Shown here one piece after another: positions 25,701 through 34,371 of a DNA stretch of 48,349 nucleotides. Source of the stretch: a virus; IMG/VR virus record IMGVR_UViG_3300037110_000132; one strand, given 5' to 3'. Every line of letters begins with the position of its first letter. Position 1 is the first letter of the stretch. The notes under the pieces are model-generated. The model was not told where the DNA came from. It was given only the letters and a program-made list of their open reading frames with translations, and did not search any database. A program made the position numbers and the translations under genes.

Positions 25701-27224
25701 ATGCGACAGAAAAAGCCCAAGCTCCCAAAGCTCCCCACCCCTCTCCCCACCGGCTCTGAATGGAGCTTTGATTCCATTCAGGCTTTTGATGATGCATGCA
25801 AGAAGGTAGCGGATAGATTCTCATTGGATTCCTATCCTCACCAGCTTGAAATCATCAGTGCTGAGCAGATGATGGATGCCTATGCGAGCATTGGTATGCC
25901 AGTGTTCTATCATCACTGGTCTTTTGGTAAATCCTTCCTAGCCACGGAGAATAAATATAAACGTGGCTACATGGGCTTGGCATACGAGATCGTGATCAAC
26001 TCAGATCCCTGCATTGCCTACCTAATGGAAGAGAACACCCTGACAATGCAAGCACTCGTCATTGCCCATGCCGCATATGGTCATAATAGCTTTTTCAAGG
26101 GCAACCACTTGTTCAAGCAGTGGACCAGTCCAGATTCTATCATCGACTATCTGGTCTTCGCTAAGAATTTCATCACGGAATGTGAAGAAAAATATGGTCA
26201 AGAGACAGTAGAGAAGATGTTAGATGCTTGCCATGCCCTGATGAATCTTGGTGTGGATAGACACAGACGCGCTCCTAAGCTCTCAATGGTGAAAGAGAAG
26301 CTTCGTCAGAAGGAACGTGAGGAATATCTACAGTCACAGGTCAATGAGCTTTGGAAGACTTTACCTTTCCAGTCCAAGAAGGAAGAAGGAAATACAGAGA
26401 AGTTTCCTAAGGAACCAGAGGAGAACGTCCTCTATTTCATCGAGAAGAATGCTCCCCTCCTGGAACCCTGGCAACGAGAAATTATCAGGATTGTCCGTAA
26501 GATCGCACAATACTTCCACCCTCAGAAGCAAACTCAGCTAATGAACGAAGGGTGGGCATGTTTCTGGCACTATAAGATTCTGAACACATTATATGACGAT
26601 AATTTGGTCGGTGATGGGTTCATGCTTGAGTTCCTACAGTCCCATACAAATGTCTGTTATCAACCAGCCTATAGTAGCAAATGGTATTCGGGAATTAGTC
26701 CCTATGCCTTTGGTTTTGCAATGTGGCAAGATATTAAGCGGATTTGCGAGAAGCCAACAAAAGAGGATTCTGAATGGTTCCCTAGCATCGCAGGATCAGA
26801 CTGGCGTGAGACACTTGAGTTCGCTATGAACAATTTCAAGGATGAGAGTTTTGTCTCCCAGTATCTCTCTCCAAAGATGATGAGAGATTTCCATTTATTC
26901 TCTGTGCTAGACGATGATGAGGAAGAAGATCTCATTATCGGCCCAATCCATGATGAGGTTGGTTACTATGGATTGCGTCAGAGATTGTCGGATCAATACA
27001 ACCTGGGCAGTCGTGAACCAAATATTCAGGTTTGGAATCTGGATAAGCGTGGAGATCGGACTCTGACCCTGAGATATTTCAGCTACCATCGGAAACCCCT
27101 TTACAAAGATTTCATTGATGTTGTGAAATACACCGCTTATCTCTGGGGCTTCCCAGTTGCCCTGGAAGAGCAAGATGAAACGGGCTTCGTGGACTTCTTG
27201 GGGATGGAAACTCCTGAAATTTGA
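25701..27224 (+). CDS. spoVR: SpoVR/YcgB family protein
   Basis: 507 aa. Third member of the conserved prkA-yeaH-spoVR triad. Assignment rests on size, operon context and conserved blocks such as YHHWSFGKSF and EGWACFWHYKIL. Confidence 0.7.
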   Translation: MRQKKPKLPKLPTPLPTGSEWSFDSIQAFDDACKKVADRFSLDSYPHQLEIISAEQMMDAYASIGMPVFYHHWSFGKSFLATENKYKRGYMGLAYEIVINSDPCIAYLMEENTLTMQALVIAHAAYGHNSFFKGNHLFKQWTSPDSIIDYLVFAKNFITECEEKYGQETVEKMLDACHALMNLGVDRHRRAPKLSMVKEKLRQKEREEYLQSQVNELWKTLPFQSKKEEGNTEKFPKEPEENVLYFIEKNAPLLEPWQREIIRIVRKIAQYFHPQKQTQLMNEGWACFWHYKILNTLYDDNLVGDGFMLEFLQSHTNVCYQPAYSSKWYSGISPYAFGFAMWQDIKRICEKPTKEDSEWFPSIAGSDWRETLEFAMNNFKDESFVSQYLSPKMMRDFHLFSVLDDDEEEDLIIGPIHDEVGYYGLRQRLSDQYNLGSREPNIQVWNLDKRGDRTLTLRYFSYHRKPLYKDFIDVVKYTAYLWGFPVALEEQDETGFVDFLGMETPEI

Positions 27225-27266
27225 CACCAAGTCGTCCCGGTGTTATCCTAAAGCAGGAGAACTCCA

Positions 27267-28010
27267 ATGATGAATTCGTTTGACTTCGAAGAGGAATCAG
27301 CTAAACATGATGCGATTGTGGCCGCGATGACTCCGTTCGACAAGATCAAGAAGATCAAGAGGAACAATCTCCAATTGATGAAGATGGATAGATACTTGGA
27401 GAAGAAAGTTTCCAGGATTCTCAAGGACTACTTCAAGAAGCCCCTGGATCAGCGTGTTATTTATATCACCAATTATGAGATGATTCACCGCTCTGATTGC
27501 TTTGAAACTCATCCAGGGGCCGTCGTCACTCATACTTCGGATATCTTGGTCAATGGTAGTAGCTATTATTGTGCTATCTGTGGCTATTACATTAGCACCC
27601 ATGAGGGCTGTGGTTCCTGCGATGTGATGATGAGGATCCCTTATTCCCTGTGGGAGCGAGTCTATTCCTGCTTCAGTCAGCTACAATACCTCACTGAGGG
27701 CTGGAAGTGGTTTCGAAAACGATTCTACTGGCTACCCAAACGGGGTTACCATTGGTTCTTCGAAGTCGATGATATCAGCCATTCCTATTTCAACCTGGAA
27801 CTGAAGCCTGATCATGACGGGGATACATGGCTTGAGCGGGATCTCAAGTATATGCTGTCCCGCAGCACTTTCGAATCTGATATCCGCTGGATCGGCACCC
27901 TGCCCGATGGCCTGGGAGAGAAGGACCTGGAAGATGCTGTGAAATGCTGGTTCAAGGACCGGTATGACCTTGAAATTAACGTCAAGTGGGTCCCGAACGA
28001 TCTTGACTAA
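27267..28010 (+). CDS. Hypothetical Cys/Trp-rich protein
   Basis: 247-aa ORF with Shine-Dalgarno aggaga. Motif CAICGYYISTHEGCGSC. Confidence 0.5.
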   Translation: MMNSFDFEEESAKHDAIVAAMTPFDKIKKIKRNNLQLMKMDRYLEKKVSRILKDYFKKPLDQRVIYITNYEMIHRSDCFETHPGAVVTHTSDILVNGSSYYCAICGYYISTHEGCGSCDVMMRIPYSLWERVYSCFSQLQYLTEGWKWFRKRFYWLPKRGYHWFFEVDDISHSYFNLELKPDHDGDTWLERDLKYMLSRSTFESDIRWIGTLPDGLGEKDLEDAVKCWFKDRYDLEINVKWVPNDLD

Positions 28011-29467
28011 AGAATACTTGTGTTAGAAGTCGTGTTGTGGTATAATTTTTTCGGATAAGGCTAACGCCGAATCCCGCTCCCCCGCCAGGGTGCGACTGGT
28101 GTAATCCTGGTGGGTGTAGGTCCGGGGGAGTCAACAAATCTTCCCCGGACCACCGAGATCCTTGACAACTTGGCATGCAGAGATTGTAAGATTAGGATCA
28201 CGAGCCTATTCAAAGCCTTGCGTTGAAGCTATAAACCGACCTGCGAGGGTCTGTTCTTGGTCTGAGTCGATGGAGGGGGCAACTCCTGAGAAATTGGCAA
28301 CATGATACGCGGAGACTAAAAAGGATCTTACTTGTGGAGATATAATCGCCACCTGGACCTAAAAAATCTAGAAATGGATTTGCGTTTCACCGCAACGTGG
28401 GCGGTGCAACTTCCGGTATAAGCTAGCGATAGTGAAGCTGGAGGCCATGATGGTTGAGGGAGAGCCATCTGCTAGGCTACGGTTTGTTGGCTTGTTGCCG
28501 TAGTAAAAGATAGCCTAAAACCAACACCCATTCGGTCTTGCTAACCGGGTGGTTTCGATGGGACCGGCATGAAGGCCGATCACAGCCAGTCATCAGAGCG
28601 CCCTTAGAGCCTGTGGCAAAGAGCCTGAAAGTTAGGCCGCGCCGGTAAAGCAGGATTGGGTGCAATTTCGGAAAAGAACAACTTGGAATCGCCGGGAAAC
28701 CGGAGTCCGCAAAGAGGCCGATGGACTGAGATACTGGTGATGCCCCTGGAAGCATCAAAGGGAATGGAGCGTGGAGCATAAGGGAGATCTAATACAAGCC
28801 CGAAAGCTGTGAAACAATCCATCTGATCTAGACTCACCCTTTGACGCTGGATGACTCCTGATAGATTAGGTGCATCTCAATTTGATATCAGGATAAGCGA
28901 AGAATTCTGGACCCAGCGGATGAATTCGTCGAAAACCCCCTATGCAGTGACATGGGATGGTTGCAGGTATGAGAAACCTGATACTTTCAGTTGAGAAAGA
29001 CTGGATTACTTACACGTGGTAAAGAACGTGAGGTCCTGGACACGCTTGAATTTGCTAAGGGCGTGGATGCGGTGAGCCAGGATGCTGGGGAGAGGGTACC
29101 AGCAGGGGTGAAGTTTCGCATTGACTCCTTAGTCCTTCTTAGGATAAGCTGCGAGATAGGGTGATGATTTCCCTAGACGAATGGACGAGGAATAAGACGC
29201 TGAGTCCAGAAACTATAATCCGGTGCTCGATCTTCCGCCGTGAGTGGAGATCCGGTAATTGAGACACCCTCCTCGTAAATAGGGAATCTCCGGTGACAAT
29301 GAGAACTAACGCCATCAGGAAACATCGTCCAGTTCTACAGTCAGCTGCTACACCGGTAGTTTCGCCTCATAAGGTGCATGCTGGTTACGCTGCGAAATGT
29401 TGACGTCTTGACCGAGGGCATGAGGTCATGCAAATTGAGGGGGAGCCTAAAAACTCCCCCTCAATAT
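28011..29467. ncRNA. Candidate large structured non-coding RNA (1.45 kb ORF-free region)
   Basis: No ORF of 60 aa or more on the + strand, in an otherwise gene-dense window. Contains a 9-bp perfect hairpin ggtccgggg/ccccggacc (28119-28151), a hairpin tgatgc/gcatca (28735-28754) and several GNRA-type tetraloop hairpins. Confidence 0.3.
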
Positions 29468-30805
29468 TTATATATGAACGAGTGGAGCAAATCTATCTTG
29501 TCCGTCATAATATTCAGTAAACCCAAGTTCTTTAGCTCTCTTTATAAGAGTAGCCTTATCCTCATTAGCTCCTCTTAACTGCAAATCTCTATAAGTCTCG
29601 CTGGCAAACAAAACATACCAAGGGCGCTTGGAAGCTTTTAGATTCTCATAGATAAAACATTCCACCACAAATTTTTTTATCTTGATCTTGATTGGTAGTT
29701 TCTTGCCTCTAGGCTTAATATAGTTTTCAGATTCTCCAATGAAACCCCCAGGCCATTCTCCATTGATAACTGCTCCATTAATGAGTTTTATCCCATCGAA
29801 CCCAACTGAGAACCAACTCCATATTAGTTCGATTGCAGCGTTCTCAAATTCGCATTGAATTCCATTTGGTAATTCATACCAACCATCTACTTCTTTGTAT
29901 CCATAATCACCCTTTGTGAATTTCTGTAATCCCAGAGGATCTTTCGGCATATTGTTGGTTTCTAGGGTCTTCCCGGTTAGTGCATGCACTGCTTTTGCGA
30001 AAGGCCCTCTTAATTGTCCTGACACTTTATGATATAGCTCAAATTCGTCTTCTAATTTATATTTGTTGTTCAATGCTTTCTGAAGAGGAAATGCCATTTC
30101 ATGATATTTATTGTCAAAATGATCCCAAATGCTCCCATTATGATGGCAGACATCATAAGCATGGTCTATGGCGATTACCTTTTCTATTAAACTGTTTGCG
30201 GATAACAACCTCTTATATCCTGGTACCACCTGCAAGTACCAAGGATCTTTCTCTCCTCCCATGGACAAGTATTCATGGACAGTCTCACAAAATAGTAATC
30301 CCTTGTTTCCCAAAAGTTTTAATTGGGCTTTTATATTATTATCCTGAATGTTCGCTCGTTCTTCTTGGATTTCCTTAGCCTTTTCAGGGTCTTTGGTATA
30401 TAGAACCGGAGACAGATCAGGTAAAGGTTTAATAGTATTTTTATCAAATAATAATTCGTAATTTGGGAACACTTTAGAGACTTTGGCTAAACCTCTACGA
30501 CGTTTCTCTTCTAGTCTTTCCGTTATTTCCTTTGTAGCACATTCAGTATGTTGCATCGCATCTTTTAATTCATCAATTGCTCTCCAATAAACCGCTTGCT
30601 TGAAATTCTCCAAAAGATCCCGATGAAGGTAATCAATCAATTTCTCTTCTGCATCTTTGACGTAAGACTCTAGGTCAATATCTAGTTCTTTAGCCCTATG
30701 AGTAACTAAAGATAAAGCGTAAAAATCGTACAAACACAAAATCGGGTCCTTCGGAATCTCGTAGGACCGAGAAGATGCAATTTTAGCCTTCAGATATAAT
30801 TTCAC
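29468..30805 (-). CDS. Hypothetical protein (445 aa) with the N-terminal leader MKLYLKAKIASS
   Basis: Minus strand, AT-rich. N-terminus matches the leader family. Confidence 0.6.
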   Translation of the reverse strand: MKLYLKAKIASSRSYEIPKDPILCLYDFYALSLVTHRAKELDIDLESYVKDAEEKLIDYLHRDLLENFKQAVYWRAIDELKDAMQHTECATKEITERLEEKRRRGLAKVSKVFPNYELLFDKNTIKPLPDLSPVLYTKDPEKAKEIQEERANIQDNNIKAQLKLLGNKGLLFCETVHEYLSMGGEKDPWYLQVVPGYKRLLSANSLIEKVIAIDHAYDVCHHNGSIWDHFDNKYHEMAFPLQKALNNKYKLEDEFELYHKVSGQLRGPFAKAVHALTGKTLETNNMPKDPLGLQKFTKGDYGYKEVDGWYELPNGIQCEFENAAIELIWSWFSVGFDGIKLINGAVINGEWPGGFIGESENYIKPRGKKLPIKIKIKKFVVECFIYENLKASKRPWYVLFASETYRDLQLRGANEDKATLIKRAKELGFTEYYDGQDRFAPLVHI

Positions 30806-30979
30806 AAGTTCCTCTAAATTTCATTTTAACATTTGAGTGATATACTTGGATAAGGAGGTCAGATTTATGGATTTCATTGAGAAGCGTAAACACAAACATT
30901 TTAGACTCCTCTTCATTAGCTTCCATGATTTATGGATTAGACATATCAAACCAGATATTTACTCGGCTTTCTCTGATCA

Positions 30980-32023
30980 CTAAATCTTTTTCTTTCGTGG
31001 ATTCTTTTCGTGTTGTCCAGCCCAAAGTTCATCAAAGATCTTCTCGATTCTGCCAGTAACTAATAGATCTAGGAATTCTCTCTTTGAGCTATTTTTAATA
31101 TCAAATTGGAAAGTATCACAAGGTCTATGATCACTATTATTCCATTTGTTGTATTCACACTGGAAATGATCGGGGTCAAGGATAGCAAGAGACAGATTGC
31201 CACCTTTATTGGGTAAATCAAAGCTCCAGCCGGGGTCGCTATTCCAGGTTTTATGGGGTGTCCCACCACCGAATTTTTGAGATAATTTTTCACCCAATTT
31301 CTTCATTTCCCTTTTGATTAGTGCATCAATTTGGAGGCCCTCTTGCCCTCCCCACTCTCCGAATAACTTACAAATTTCCACAGGGTAGGAACCGCCTTTA
31401 AGCAGATATTCCTTCTGGTGGAATCTCACAATATGATCCAGGATCTCATCCGGGAGGTCCGACATAGCAATACCAATTTGGTCGGGTGTGACGGTAGTCT
31501 TTAGGATCACCCCCAGAGAATCTGGGTCCCGACCCACAATAGAGAAGGTGCCTGCAAACTGTTCAGCAATTTCTGGGTTTGAACTCCAAGATTGCACCTT
31601 GAGGGTCTTATAGATCCCAGTACTCCCTACTTGAGGATCTTTGATACCCAATTTCTTCATGAAAGGAGCACCATTGATGGATTTGAAACCTAAGCCTCTA
31701 TAGAGGACTATTGGCTGGGTTGGGCAGAAGCGTTCGAAATAGGGAAAGATGTCCTTGTCAACGATCTTGCCTGCGTTGTTGTTATATCGATTTAGTTCTT
31801 CTGCGGCCCAAGTAGGGATTTTGTTATCTCTTAGATAATTTTCATAATTTTCTCTGATTTGGCTCTGGACCTTGCGATATTGACGATCAATTTTTTCCGT
31901 CTTGGAATTTTCATCCCAACTGTTGACTCCCCGTGCTCGCTCCTCGTCATTGACCCTGATGTACTCCTCCCTCAATTTAGTGAGTTTATCACGTAGAGGA
32001 CCAGCTATCATGGTTAGTTTCAT
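30980..32023 (-). CDS. Putative ADP-ribosyltransferase (R-S-E type), 347 aa
   Basis: Motifs VLYRGLGF, VQSWSSNPEIAEQFA and HQKEYLLKGG (Q-x-E). N-terminus MKLTMIAGPL is weakly leader-like. Confidence 0.55.
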   Translation of the reverse strand: MKLTMIAGPLRDKLTKLREEYIRVNDEERARGVNSWDENSKTEKIDRQYRKVQSQIRENYENYLRDNKIPTWAAEELNRYNNNAGKIVDKDIFPYFERFCPTQPIVLYRGLGFKSINGAPFMKKLGIKDPQVGSTGIYKTLKVQSWSSNPEIAEQFAGTFSIVGRDPDSLGVILKTTVTPDQIGIAMSDLPDEILDHIVRFHQKEYLLKGGSYPVEICKLFGEWGGQEGLQIDALIKREMKKLGEKLSQKFGGGTPHKTWNSDPGWSFDLPNKGGNLSLAILDPDHFQCEYNKWNNSDHRPCDTFQFDIKNSSKREFLDLLVTGRIEKIFDELWAGQHEKNPRKKKI

Positions 32024-32401
32024 ACAATCATCCCATTTAATTTTAACCTGAATGGATGGAGTTAATATTTAATAAATTCAGGTTATAATTAAAACACTGG
32101 GATTTAGGCTAGTTGGCAAACCTGAGGACTCTGACTCCTCCATCCTCCGTTCAAACCGGAGAGTCCCAACCAAAACGAGGGGTTCATGTGGCCCATAAAT
32201 CAACTCCCAAATTACACCTCCATTGAACCAACGAAATCCACAAAGGTCATTATTCCTGTTGGCAAGGTGGAGAAAGCGAATTGCCAGTCTTTTAATCCGG
32301 ATAGTCTTATTGGCCTCATCATTGATATTTGGGGTTAAAATGAAAAAGATCAAAATTACCGCTATCGGGCACACTACCTGACCGACGAGGACTTTGCGAC
32401 G

Positions 32402-32662
32402 ATGCAACTGGAAATGATGGCGAATCCGGAAATGGGCGATGTGATTGAAAATACGGGCGGTCTCAGAAAGCTGAGGCAACCGGATCCCAAGCGAGGGAAA
32501 GGGAAACGCGGCGGTCTGCGGGTGATCTACTACTGGTGGGAATCGGGTCGGCAGTTCTGGCTGTTCACCCTCTATAACAAGGATGAGGTCAGTGACCTGA
32601 CCGCCCAGGAGCGCAAGGCTTTCAAGGGAATGCTGAAGCGGGAACTTGAGGTGCGACGATGA
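32402..32662 (+). CDS. Type II toxin, RelE/HigB superfamily
   Basis: GGLRKLR...GKGKRGGLRVIYYW...LFTLYNKDEVSDLT signature. GC-rich. 4-bp overlap with the downstream antitoxin. Confidence 0.6.
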   Translation: MQLEMMANPEMGDVIENTGGLRKLRQPDPKRGKGKRGGLRVIYYWWESGRQFWLFTLYNKDEVSDLTAQERKAFKGMLKRELEVRR

Positions 32663-33012
32663 AGAAGCGGAATCTGTTCGAGGAAATCCAGGAGGGTTTC
32701 GAGGCCTTGGCCGAGGCGAGGGCTGGGAAGCTAACCTTGCGCACCCATCGCGTGGAGATGGCTGCCGTGTCTGAGGTAACTCCCGGCGAAGTGCTTGCTC
32801 TGCGTGAGAAGCTGAACCTGTCGCGTGCCGTGTTCGCCCGCTATCTGCGAACCAACCCCCGGACCGTCGAGAACTGGGAACAGGGTCGGGTCCATCCCAA
32901 CGCCCAAGCCAGCCTATTATTGCAGAAAAGCAGAAGACCATCTTTGGGATTAGAATCCCTTTTTTGGTGGTATTCCTGCGAAATCGAAATTGAGGACGAT
33001 TTATCCCTCTAA
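32659..33012 (+). CDS. HTH (XRE/HigA-like) antitoxin
   Basis: Helix-turn-helix LSRAVFARYLRTNPRTVENWEQGR. Translationally coupled to the upstream toxin. Confidence 0.6.
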   Translation: MKKRNLFEEIQEGFEALAEARAGKLTLRTHRVEMAAVSEVTPGEVLALREKLNLSRAVFARYLRTNPRTVENWEQGRVHPNAQASLLLQKSRRPSLGLESLFWWYSCEIEIEDDLSL

Positions 33013-33018
33013 TACCCT

Positions 33019-33094
33019 GGGTGCGTGGGAAAGTGGTTAATCCGCTAGCTTGTCACGCTAGAGAACGCCAGTTCGAAACTGGTCGCACCCGCCA
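33019..33094 (+). tRNA. tRNA-Asp (GTC)
   Basis: Acceptor gggtgcg/cgcaccc. Anticodon stem ctagc/gctag with loop ttGTCac. T-arm gccag-ttcgaaa-ctggt. CCA encoded. Confidence 0.8.
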
Positions 33095-33130
33095 TTGACA
33101 CACAATAAGAAGGAGTTAAAAGCATGTAAA

Positions 33131-33276
33131 CTTCCTATGGCGGATTGGTAGACGCAGCGGACTTTTCGGGGATGGAGAGAAACATCCCCACCATATCGTG
33201 AGGTCTTGAGGGACCCACACAGGAAAAATCCGCCGCCCGAAAAGGCGTTCCGGTTCGACTCCGGATAGGAAGACCA
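33131..33276 (+). tRNA. Class II tRNA, probably Leu(TAA), interrupted by a ~60-nt insertion in the anticodon loop
   Basis: Perfect acceptor cttccta/taggaag. Perfect anticodon stem gcgga/tccgc spanning 67 nt. Variable-arm hairpin cgcc-cgaaaa-ggcg. T-arm tccgg-ttcgact-ccgga. CCA encoded. Loop ctT|AAaa is obtained if the insert sits between 34 and 35. Confidence 0.6.
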
Positions 33277-33313
33277 AAAAATTTCGCATAGAATTGACTT
33301 CTAGATTTCCTTC

Positions 33314-33322
33314 TGTTATAAT
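33314..33322 (+). promoter_or_regulatory. Extended -10 element cTGtTATAATtgg
   Basis: Follows the tRNA 3' end. A gaggt Shine-Dalgarno and the ATG at 33340 follow. Confidence 0.4.
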
Positions 33323-33339
33323 TGGTGACTGAGGTTCTC

Positions 33340-33996
33340 ATGAGGCCCAAGACCGCAGGATGGCAGAATGGAGTGAAATTGGTTGAGCTTTGGCATGTCA
33401 GCCCATTTAAGCTCACTAGCCTTCAGCCCCGGTCGATCTTTTGGGGTCATAGTGGTCTTTACATGTCACCCAGCTACCAGTCTATGATTGAGGACTGGTG
33501 CCCTGTGATTTTCCACCGCAAGGGGAAGAAGCACCCCTATCTTGAATTCCGCAATAAAGCCTGTGATCGCTCCTTGGAACTTGAGGATCTGGAATCGCGG
33601 ACTCCTGGACAGGAAAAGGAACTTGAACGGCTCAATCGAATCCTGGATGACAACCGGGATTACGAGCGCGAACACTATTCACGTGTCTACCTGCATCGGG
33701 TTCTCTGCCCCAGGAACGTCTATGATGCGGCAGCCAAGCACTATCAGGCTACCCATGATGAGAAGAACAGCGATGATTCTAATACTAGCCAGTGGGCCTT
33801 CTGGTATTGGGGTGAGCAGGTGTTCTTCACCGACAGCTTCCTGCCCAGTCTTACCATTAGCAGGATCACCGAAATGAATTTTGCCGAATATAAGGTGGAA
33901 TACAAGCAGATGCAGAGGAGCCGAGAGTATCGGAATTTTCATCTCTATCGCTTGATGGCTGAGGAAACTAAGAAGCGTGAGGCGAAAAAAACATGA
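33340..33996 (+). CDS. Hypothetical protein
   Basis: ATG at 33340. The ORF track starts at 33322. Confidence 0.5.
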   Translation: MRPKTAGWQNGVKLVELWHVSPFKLTSLQPRSIFWGHSGLYMSPSYQSMIEDWCPVIFHRKGKKHPYLEFRNKACDRSLELEDLESRTPGQEKELERLNRILDDNRDYEREHYSRVYLHRVLCPRNVYDAAAKHYQATHDEKNSDDSNTSQWAFWYWGEQVFFTDSFLPSLTISRITEMNFAEYKVEYKQMQRSREYRNFHLYRLMAEETKKREAKKT

Positions 33997-34178
33997 TTCG
34001 TTTGGTCCCGCTCCTCTTCTTGGTTCAGGTCTACATCACCACGTTGGTGGCAGTTGATCTGCTGCTCCTGAGCTACTTTTGGGCGGGATTCTTCTTCATT
34101 GTCGGGATGATTAATCTCAGGATTATCGATCTCGCCTGTCACCCTAAGGAATCCAAACATGATTCTCTGTCGAAATGA
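33993..34178 (+). CDS. Small membrane protein
   Basis: ATGA overlap with the upstream gene. Hydrophobic LLFLVQVYITTLVAVDLLLLSYFWAGFFFIVGMI. Confidence 0.45.
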   Translation: MIRLVPLLFLVQVYITTLVAVDLLLLSYFWAGFFFIVGMINLRIIDLACHPKESKHDSLSK

Positions 34179-34371
34179 TTACCAGAGAAAATCCAGCTAT
34201 CTACTGCGCTGGCTCATGGGTCCTGCCTCAATTGTGGACGGTGTTATACGAACCGTGACCCTGGGATTTGTTTCTTCCGGATTGGAGTATCAGTGCGCTA
34301 TGTGCATCTTGAAAAACGAGTCGGTGAATGGTCAAATCATCGATGTTGAGGAGGCCGAGCATGAAAAATGA
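34159..34371 (+). CDS. Hypothetical small protein
   Basis: 70-aa ORF. Confidence 0.4.
   Translation: MILCRNDYQRKSSYLLRWLMGPASIVDGVIRTVTLGFVSSGLEYQCAMCILKNESVNGQIIDVEEAEHEK

Noticed and set aside
28080-28100. GTGCGAC at 28090 resembling a group II intron 5' end, suggesting the 1.45 kb region is a group II intron
   Set aside because: No domain V-like hairpin (GAGC...GAAA...GUAC GGYUC) and no intron-encoded maturase ORF could be located. I also could not place RNase P, tmRNA or group I consensus elements. The identity is left open.
32078-32941. Long minus-strand ORF (287 aa) across the toxin-antitoxin pair
   Set aside because: It lies antisense to two well-supported + strand genes in a 60% GC segment where stop codons are rare by chance. 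The product is low-complexity and Pro/Arg/Ser-rich, and there is no RBS.
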